Shown here: positions 54,475 through 64,000 of the stretch, piece after piece
How positions within the stretch are numbered: the first letter of the stretch is position 1
Layout of the letters: the number at the start of each line of letters is the position of its first letter
NCBI GenBank assembly: GCA_951406725.2
Contig: OX597814.1
Coordinates: 130,324,001-130,388,000, forward strand
Source: Octopus vulgaris
Taxonomy: Eukaryota
DNA: 64,000 bases
Direction of reading: 5' to 3'
The notes under the pieces: model-generated
Seen by the model: the letters and a program-made list of their open reading frames with translations, nothing else
Database searches by the model: none
Told to the model about the DNA's origin: nothing
Program-made: the position numbers and the translations under genes

Positions 54475-54796
54475 CATAATACAAACGTATAGCTTTTTTG
54501 TGCATTTTATTTGCAGAAAATAAAGAAATAACAGTAATAACGGTAATAATGTCTAATAAATATTGCTTACTGCAAGTTATGGATGATTCTTTTATGACTT
54601 CATTGCTTTCAGACTTAGCTTAAGGTATTTTCGCGCCCGACATCACAAAATGCGTCTGAATAAACATTGCCAGACAGCAAATAGACTCGGACATTGCGTA
54701 CAAAATAATTTTTATGTTTAATCTCGTATGTAGTACGCACTAGGGATTTTGACCTTTAAATTGGGGGCGGGGCGGATTATACTCAAGGATTTACGG
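54270..54796. mobile_element. pogo/Tigger-type MITE
   Basis: TIRs CCGTAAATCTTCGAGTATAGTCCGCC / GGCGGATTATACTCAAGGATTTACGG followed by TA. Confidence 0.85.
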
Positions 54797-54904
54797 TATT
54801 TAAAATTGGCTATTTTTCCTTCCACTTATTCATTAAAAACCTTATGGAGCCGATAAAAGAATTTTATCTCAGTCTGTAAGTTAAAGAGCTTTGATAGATA
54901 TATT

Positions 54905-55118
54905 GGTTTCAACTTTTGGCACAGGACCAGCAATTACGAGGAGGGGACGAGTCGATTACACTGACCCCAGTATTCAACTAGTACTTATTTTATCGACCTC
55001 GAATTGATGAAACGTAAAGTCGACCTCAGCGGAATTTGAACTCAGAACGTAAAGACGGATGAAATACCGACAAGCAATATACTCACCGTGCTAATGATTC
55101 TACCAGCTCACCGCCTTT
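54905..55118 (-). mobile_element. SINE family B
   Basis: gtcgacctcagcggaatttgaactcagaacgt...ccagctcaccgcc. Confidence 0.75.
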
Positions 55119-55226
55119 CAAGCATATTTTAAGAGAAATCTCACGTTTGATAATGTTCATGACAGTGTTATTGTCCTTTCTTATTTGTCTTTTTTACTGA
55201 CGAAGCGAATTCAATGTTTTGAGATA

Positions 55227-55756
55227 TCTATATATATAAAACTGTAGCTGTGTGAGTGTCTGTCCCCTTCGATTTAGATTCCTAACTACTCCCACATTTT
55301 GCGGTGCAGTTTAACCAAATTCGGGTATCTTATAGTCGTGATTCATATCGAGCCCGTCTGGCTATTAGCACGCGTCTACGATGAGTCTACGATTTTAAAA
55401 ATAATTTAACATCATTTTTTATTCCATTTTAATGCACATTTTTTCGTGTGTCGATGGCGGCGGAGTTGGCGTCCACGCTCACGCCTGCACCTGTTTGCTT
55501 CTCCCCCTTCTTCCCTCCCTCGTGAAGCTGTGGGGAAGGGAGTGTAAGGAAATCAACGTCGTAATGCGTTGTCAAGGAGACCAGCGTTCTTTTAGAACAA
55601 CGACTTCATGGCTTGAAGACACTGAGTCAACGATTAAAAAAAAAATTATCAAGATTTTTTATTCCATTTTTAATGCATTTTTTGCTATAACTCTCTAAAA
55701 ATGCTTATATAGTTATTTCCCTTACAAACCCGAGCAACGCCGGGCGATACTGCTAG
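55227..55756 (+). mobile_element. Non-autonomous Helitron
   Basis: A|TC 5' end, subterminal hairpin CCCGagcaacgcCGGG, 3' CTAG|T, no TSD. Confidence 0.82.
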
Positions 55757-56464
55757 TAAAATATATAATGCAATCTGAATAACACCAAGACGCTGAGCAA
55801 AGTTTCCATATATAACAACGAAAGATGCAGCTACAGATCTAAGCTGGTTTAAATTGGCGATATATTTATTAAGTAAAATGTGCGGACACAAGCTTCTGAA
55901 AGGTCCTTCACACAAGAACGGCAGTTACCGAGTCACTCATTCATATCCTTTACAGAATTCACGTACGAATACAATCATGCACACACATACACACACATAT
56001 TGTTTTACTGTACTTATAATTGGTTTTAATATTATATTCGTATTTCAGTTTGTTTTGCTCAACGCGTATGTCATTCGCATAGTTTTGAAATTTATACGTT
56101 TTGTAACAACACCATTTTCTACCGCTACGTTCTTTGTCCATCTGATATGTGCATCAAGATGTATTTTCATTTGCAGCTTGTGGTTAATCATTTATCTCCC
56201 CTCTCTCCATTACTCTCTCTTTCACTCTCTCTCCACACACATACATATATGTATGTATATATATTTATATATGCATGTTTATGTGCATGTATATATATTT
56301 ATAAATATTTATATATACGCATACATATTTATGTGTGTGTATATATATATAATTACATACATATATATAATCATATATATATATATATATACATATATTT
56401 ATATATAAATACATATATAAAAATATTTACATTTATATATATATATTTACATTTATATATACAT

Positions 56465-56496
<32 letters not shown>

Positions 56497-56512
56497 TTAC
56501 ATTTATATACAC

Positions 56513-56544
<32 letters not shown>

Positions 56545-57082
56545 GTGTGTATATATACACGCACCTATACATACGTGTGTGTATAAGTGCATGCATATGC
56601 ATACAAGCACATATGAATGAATATATATATATATCATGACCAGGAATTAGTATCGTCATACACATATACATGCACGTACGTAGAATCACAGTCGTGTCAA
56701 GTGTGTTATTAATAAGAACCGTTCAGAAGCATCACGATGTTTATGTAGTAACCGAAACTGAAGTTGGTAGATGGGATTCTAATTAACGAAAAGATTTCCT
56801 CGCCATTTCCACCTGCACTTTGTCGCCTTCACTACCTCCTACACAACTACACACCAGTAACAACATCAGCAGTGTAAATCATTGGGCCTCTAACCACCAC
56901 TGTCATTATCGTTATGTTCCGCACCGCCTTTTCACCGCATATCATGACATGAATAACATACTTATATTTGGTTTGGTATAACGTTACTTTCGCATAGACA
57001 TATCTGGATGTCAGATGTTTGTTGCCTCTTGTAATCTTTTAAAAATTTATTTATTTATTTATTTATAATAATAATAATAATG

Positions 57083-57130
<48 letters not shown>

Positions 57131-57142
57131 GTAATAATAATA

Positions 57143-57373
57143 TTGAGTGAGAGAGAGCAGTGCATGCCATCAAAGTTACACTGGGGTAAAATATACGCAG
57201 CCCAGTATATCCACCATGACTACCCGTCTGATAAGGGTACGCCAGGCACATGCATCACAAGCAAATGTGCACGACATGGTGATGTATGTGCCTGGTGTAC
57301 CCTTATCAGACGGGTAGTCATGATGGGTATACTGGGCTTCGCATATTTTACCCCAGTGTCACTTTGATGGCAT
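57143..57373. repeat. Fold-back arrangement of the (TAA)n-embedded repeat
   Basis: Arms 57164-57258 and 57279-57373; (TAA)n on the left and (TTA)n on the right extend the symmetry. Confidence 0.88.
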
Positions 57374-57375
57374 TA

Positions 57376-57445
<70 letters not shown>

Positions 57446-58102
57446 GCTAAAACTATTTTACACTTTTAAAAACTTCTGTGGGATCTGCAATATTTTTGGA
57501 GTTTTATGTTTGTTGTTTTGAAAAACAGCATTGTCAGTATACTATGTTTTAACAATCTGTTTATCGTTCTTATCAGAAGAAATTAGTGAAAATCAAGGAG
57601 GAGCTTAAAGTGTCGCGTCGTGTAATATGTTAAGTTGTTTGCAAGTAAAATAAAGGCGTGATTTAGCTGCTATTAGCAACGGGATACCTATCTGTTTGAT
57701 ATCATAAAAATTGGTTTCAACAATATAAGTACATACACATCCAGACACAGGCACACGCACGCACATTACTCATACGCAAGCGCACTACGAACACACACAC
57801 ACTCATACACGCGCATGAATGTATAAACTTTGTTGTTGCTGTTATTATGTTTAGTAATCCGTTGAGAAGCTGAAATATCTTTTCGCGCTTCTGACACATT
57901 TGGATTCAGTGAGAATGGGAATGTTGGTTATCTGATGTAACTGTGACTAGCATACATATATCAGTGTATGCTCAAAACGTCAAAAACTCTTTCTTCTTAC
58001 CGAACGTCAAACCAATATATTCCATGTGCACGTCCTCTTCTTGTTTGTTATTGTAATTTTTAATGTCCGTTTATTTGATTTAACTATGTGTGTGTGTGTG
58101 TG

Positions 58103-58386
58103 TGTGGTTAGGGTAGAGGACTCGCTGTTGTAGGATCGCCGTTTCGATTCCCAGACCGGGCGTTGTGAGTGTTTATTGAGCGAAAACGCTTAAAGCTCCA
58201 CGAGGCTCCGGCAGCGAGTAGTGGCGATCTCTACTGTACTCTTTCGCCACAAATTTCTCTCTCTTTCTTCTGTTGGCCTGCTTGCTTAGCCAGCGGGGTG
58301 GTGTCATTTCAAGGCTAAAACAATGCGAAGCGCATTGTGACCAGCGATGTGTAGCAACATCTGATAGCCTGGTCGGTCACGGTGAT
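58103..58386 (+). mobile_element. SINE family C
   Basis: gtggttaggg...gtttcgattcccagaccgggcgttgtgagtgtttattgagcgaaaac. Confidence 0.78.
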
Positions 58387-58894
58387 ATATATATATATAT
58401 ATATATTCACTCCGAATTTGTGTAAATGTGTATAGAATGATATATCAGTTGAATAAAATTTACAACATGGTCTGGTTTTCACGTTTTCTATTATTGTATT
58501 TAAATGAGTTTTTACAATATTGAAGTGTGTTAAACATTAAAAAAAAACTAATGTTCGTAAAATACAATTAGCACTTTCATACGTTCGTAGTAATCATCAG
58601 ATTTCAAAACGTTAGAGTAGCCGTGGTATGCACCTCGCTTGAATATTTAACACTTCCGCGGTTCCGCTCGCTATGAAACATCTCTTAACTCTTGTATTCT
58701 AATTCGCCTACCGTGAAATATTAAAAAAAAATAAAAAGAACTGTATCTCAATTTACCGTGCTTCGATAATAAAAACAAATCCACAACCTTCCGCCTCAAT
58801 AAAACTATTGTCCCTGAAAGTTGTTTTTCAATATTTACTACGGATTACTTGAAGCTAATCCTTCGATCACACACACACACACACACACAGATAC

Positions 58895-58984
<90 letters not shown>

Positions 58985-59844
58985 GGTCCATGGTTTAGTG
59001 GTTATGTCGTTGCACTTACGGCCGTTGGATCGTTATTTCAATTCCTAGAACAAGTGGTACATTATGTTCTTGAGCAAAAATCTTGCTCTACCATCAATTC
59101 GACACCTGATATGTGGTACATGTACAGCTGTTCACACAACATCAATTTCATGGAGTTAGCTAAAGTGCAACATGAACATTTGATCATTAGAAACAAATCA
59201 TTCAAGGTGGTCATTCAGCAAAAGCTGAACGGTCATACGCCACCATTAGATTGTTCTATTAGATTGATCGTAATTTTAATAAATTTTCTGTTTAGTTAAG
59301 GTTATCTTACTTAGTTTTTAGTTTATTATTTTATGTTTAAGAAGATTATTATGATTATTTCATAACAAAATGGTTTCGGGTTCTATTTCACAGTACCGTA
59401 CCGTAGATAAAATGTTTACAAGATAAGCCTCAAGTTGCCCAATAAATGGTAGGGTAAATTTAGCGTAACTTAGCAATAGCCTACGAAGATATCAAATAAA
59501 AGTATTCGTACGTATTTCTCAAAGACAAATTGCTCTTAAGAATATATTTGTATGTTATACTTGCTATAGTCACTAGACTACGGCCATGTTGAGGCAGAGT
59601 TCTGAAGAGATTAATTGGAAAACAAATCGACCCTAGTACTTCTTTTTTGCCGAACTGCTGAAATACATGGACTTAGACAAAGCAAGACCTGATGTCAAAC
59701 GATGGAGAGGACAAACACAAATACTCACACACACACACACACACACACATTATATATATATTTATATAATCTAATAAAGTATTATTACCATTATTAAAAA
59801 TAACAATGATAATAAAGTGGCTGGCGAGTTTAACCTGCTGAGAC

Positions 59845-60175
59845 CCCCTTCGGTCATGACTGACCATGGGATTGCACCTAGAAAGTTAACCTCCCAGGCA
59901 CAAGTCCGGGCAAGGTTGTTTGTGGAAGACCAGCAGTCGCCCATGCATACCGGCCTTCCCTCTCCACGCCACTAGTATTATCCAAGGAAAAGGCAAAGGC
60001 CAATACAGCTTGGTACCTGTGACGTCGCAACTCATTTCTACAGCTGAGTGAACTGGAGCAACATGAAATAAAGTGTCTTGCTCATGAACACAACACGCAG
60101 CCCGTTCCGGGATTCGAACTCACAACCTCACTATCGTAAGCTCGACGCTCTAACCACTGAGCCATTCGCCATCAC
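59845..60175 (-). mobile_element. CORE-type tRNA SINE (family C group)
   Basis: Minus strand: A-box TGGCTCAGTGG, B-box GAGTTCGAATCCC, core agcaagacactttatttcatgttgctccagttcactcagctg. Confidence 0.78.
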
Positions 60176-60910
60176 AAGTTTAACCTATATAGGTAAAATA
60201 TACAAATAATTTAGGGTAAGCAATACCACTTGCCAGAAATATGAGTTAGCACTCCAAAGCCACAAATTTCTCACTGTTAAGAAACACGCATTATTACAGG
60301 TGGTAGATTGTGAAATTACTAACGAGTAAAACGGAGAGTGTTCCGCGGAAGTCTCATATTTTTTTCTAATCCTTCCATCAACACCACCACCACCACTTCT
60401 ACTCTTGTATGAAAGTGACTGGTGGAAATGTGTTTCTCTGTAAACTATAAGATTATTACATACAAAATTATTCTTCCAGTGTTTGTGAAAACAATTATCT
60501 ATCACAAGGACACACCCACAGACTCAAACACAAACATATTTAGTGTATTTGTGGTGCGTCTACAGTTTACGAATTTTAGTTCACTTCGTTTTGTGTATGT
60601 GTGTGTGTGTGTGCACGCGCGTGTGTGTGCGTGCGTGTGTGTGTATGCACGCGCGTGTGTGTGCGTGCGCGTGTGTCTATGTGTGTGCCTGTATCTGTGT
60701 GTGCGTGCGTGCGCGAACATGTGTGCACGTGTTTGTGTATGTTTAACGTTTTCCTAAAGTACATTATAACATTCAAAACAAGCACTGCTTAACATGACAA
60801 TGACATACATACATACATACATGTGTGTGTCCGTGTATGCGTACGTGTGTGTGAGTGTGAGGTATGCGGGCGTAGGTATAGATATATTTGCTGCATGCAT
60901 ATAAACACAC

Positions 60911-60955
<45 letters not shown>

Positions 60956-61594
60956 TGCTTACATATATAAAATAAGCATAAACCGGTATGTATATGTTTT
61001 TTTGTGTGTGTACACGTGTATATGTTGGTAATAAGTGATAACGTTTTTCTCTAAGCAAATAATTCTTTGGCGAGAAATCATTCCTCCTAATTTGCTGCAA
61101 ATCCCTTATTTTGGTTCGGAAAAAATGAGGTGGGGGTCCCCCACCAATCCAGGAATCACTGGAATTTTTTTTTTTTCGTTGAATGAATTCCTGTGATCTT
61201 CTAATATTGCAAACGTAGGTTACTTAAGATGAGCCTGGTAACTGATGGTCTTGGGGTCTTGTTGTTTGTAACTTTTGGTGAGCCATGGTGCAACGAACAA
61301 CATGGTAAAAATACCTGCTATTAATTTGGTGTGTATGGGTAATGTCAAATAATTCAATTACAACATATATTTATATTAAACATGGAAAAACTGAAATATT
61401 ATCATCACTTACATGGAAAAATTGAAATATTATCTTTCAGCATTTTATAAGTTAAAATCTTCGATTATTAAATGTCACATTATTATCTTATAACAGCAAT
61501 GCCTGGAAAAATCATGGATTACATGGAAAAATGTGAGCATAAATAATAATATTCTTAAGTTTATAAACCTGGAAAAGTACGGGACAAATTATTA

Positions 61595-61961
61595 CACCCG
61601 TAAAAGTATAGGGCAAGCTATTACTTCTAGTAAAGTAAAGAATAAGAAACTTTTTACTTAAAATATTGCAGCTAAAATTAAAATTTGAATATTAAAACTT
61701 ATTTCGTTATAGTTTACAAATAACACTATACTTATTTAAGTAGAATTTGTCTAATTTACTACCTTAAATACAGAAAAAGTGACTTATTAGACAAACTTAC
61801 AAATTAGCTGAACAGTTTTGTACAATAAATTTAAAAGATGAGAACTGTAAAGAGTGATAAATTAGAAGAACTGACATTCTTTACTGCAATATTTTAAGTA
61901 AAAAGTTTCTTATTCTTTACTTTATAATAAAGTAATAACTTGTCCTATACTTTTACAGGTG
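61595..61961. mobile_element. Tc1/mariner-type MITE with ~75-bp TIRs and TA TSD
   Basis: TA-CACCCGTAAAAGTATAGGGCAAG...CTTGTCCTATACTTTTACAGGTG-TA. Confidence 0.85.
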
Positions 61962-62611
61962 TAGTGGATGACACGTGTTTAATGTGCCAGGCAGTGAAAC
62001 TGAACTCGGAATCATGTGATTGGAAAACAAACTTCTATGGCTGAATCTTTATACACTTCAGTAGATATTCTTCCACAATCTGAGAATGTTCAACTATTCA
62101 AGAATTTACACGCATAAATAGAAATTATATAATTATTCACGTTGCATACAAGACAGAAATTCAGTCATATATGTTGCTAGCTTAAGAATTCTATACCAAC
62201 AGAAGTCACTTGAAGGCTTTCCATTTCAATTATTTTAATTGTAGCTGCTCTACATAAGTCCCTTGCAGGTCGCAGATATACTGTTGGTACAAGCATATTC
62301 TTAATTATCTTGCTGAAATAGAAATAGAAACACTTTTCCATGCTTTGGTTCAATTATTCTCTCTTGGTTTGCTAATTTCTCTTCTGCTTCTCGAACAGTT
62401 CTGGTCAGCTACTTTATTCTTAAATAACTAACCCTTAACCCTGGATTGAAATCTGTCTTCAATTTATTAATCAACAGTTAACTCTTAGCTGCAATACTAG
62501 AACTCTTAGTATAACTCAAACTATGCTCTGTCTAACTCTCTCTCCCACCTCTCTCTCTCTTTCCCTTTTTCTGTATATGTGTGTGTTTGTGTGTGTATGT
62601 GTGTGTGTGTG

Positions 62612-62655
<44 letters not shown>

Positions 62656-62658
<3 letters not shown>

Positions 62659-62851
62659 CGGGAAGGTTTACGAAAATAAACAAAAGACGAAGGCAGGTGG
62701 AGTACAAACAAACAAATGTATTAGTATGGCGCTCAGGAATAGAAATAGAACAAGTCTTTTACGTTTCGAGCCTACGCTCTTCGACAGAAAGATACACAGA
62801 AAAAAACAAGGAGAAAAACAAGGAGAGAAAAAAATGCGTGTAGGAGCTAAC
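62656..62851 (-). mobile_element. Minimal-hammerhead (A6U) repeat family copy
   Basis: Motif at 62755-62792 identical to 22652-22689. Confidence 0.78.
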
Positions 62852-63022
62852 ACATTTACACACACACACATGAGTGGTGGAGGTATGTATGTATATATAT
62901 ATAGAGAGAGATATTTTAAAAACAATACGTTGGTAGTGACTTCAAAGTTTCGGCTCTCGTTGGAATTCTGAAGTATAACCTAAAAGTTGTAATAACTAAA
63001 GAATTGTAAAAAAAAAAACAAT

Positions 63023-63183
63023 CAGGAGTGGCTGTGTGGTAAGTAGCTTGCTTACCAACCACATGGTTCCGGGTTCAGTCCCACTGCGTGGCATCTTGGG
63101 CAAGTGTCTTTTGCTATAGCCCCGGGCCGACCAATGCTTTGTGAGTGGATTTGGTAGACGGAAACTGAAAGAAGCCTGTCGTA

Positions 63184-63264
<81 letters not shown>

Positions 63265-63483
63265 ATGTTTGTGTGTCTATGTTTGTCCCCCTAGCATTGC
63301 TTGACAACCGATGCTGGTGTGTTTATGTCCCTGTCACTTAGCGGTTCGGCAAAAGAGACCGATAGAATAAGTACTGGGCTTACAAGGAATAAGTCCCGGG
63401 GTCGATCTGCTCGACTAAAGGCGGTGCTCCAGCATGGCTGCAGTCAAATGACTGAAACAAGTAAAAGAGAGTAAAGAGAGAGA
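63023..63483 (+). mobile_element. SINE family A
   Basis: Full-length match to the family consensus. Confidence 0.85.
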
Positions 63484-64000
63484 ATCTTATAGACTAGCCA
63501 AAGTATATATCAGAGTTAAGACACAACGAAAATGCAAACTTGACAATCTCAGACGGACAAGAACATCAATATAGAAGCTTAAATGTAGTAATGTAGCAGC
63601 TGCTTTAACTATGACGCAAAGCGGATACTCCTTCATATCAACACCATGGAAACCCAAACTCATACCGAAGAGGATAAAAGATAAGTGAACAAATAATGAA
63701 GTCACACAACTGAAAAAAAAATATCCAAGAAATAAGACATTACAAAAAGAAGAATCTGAAGTAAAAAAAAAAATCTGCTTAAATCAAGAGCGCCTCACCC
63801 TCCGTGACACGAGCCTTAGCCCTGGTAGCACAATCTTCTTGACTCGTGTTGAGAGCCATTTATCAACTTGTCCTCTAACTCGTTCTTTGAATCTATTTTT
63901 GCCTCTGCCATTCATTCGCTAAACATGATAAATTCTATTCTTATAGCTCTTTCCAGAGGCCATCATCAATTCTTTTTATGATGCCTAATAATTGTTCTCT

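Noticed and set aside
62180-62330. Possible minus-strand exon after acceptor-like tttctatttcag
   Set aside because: Only ~44 open codons with no recognisable homology or partner exons

Overview
AT-rich, microsatellite-saturated eukaryotic non-coding DNA. The repeat families resemble those I associate with cephalopod (Octopus-like) genomes; this is recognition from memory, not a database result. No host protein-coding gene can be supported, and almost all ORFs in the track are translations of (TA)n/(CA)n/(TAA)n repeats or of SINEs. Real coding remnants all come from transposons: a CR1-type LINE (13.9-16.1 kb), an RTE-type LINE 3' fragment (19.9-20.2 kb), an R4/Dong-type restriction-like-endonuclease LINE inserted in (TAA)n (23.7-26.8 kb), a Penelope RT fragment (30.1-30.4 kb), a DD37D maT transposon (33.4-34.6 kb) and a DD35D Passer/POGK-like pogo transposon nested in a SINE (45.1-47.1 kb). 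There are also tRNA-derived SINEs, MITEs and non-autonomous Helitrons. The most striking signal is hidden RNA structure: about 14 type I hammerhead-ribozyme motifs from at least 7 unrelated non-coding, (TA)n-inserted Penelope-like element families. Several lie in inverted repeats, including a ~5 kb palindrome (7992-13001) with a hammerhead at each end, and several carry recurrent non-canonical catalytic cores (U4C, A6U). All folds were derived by eye and are untested.
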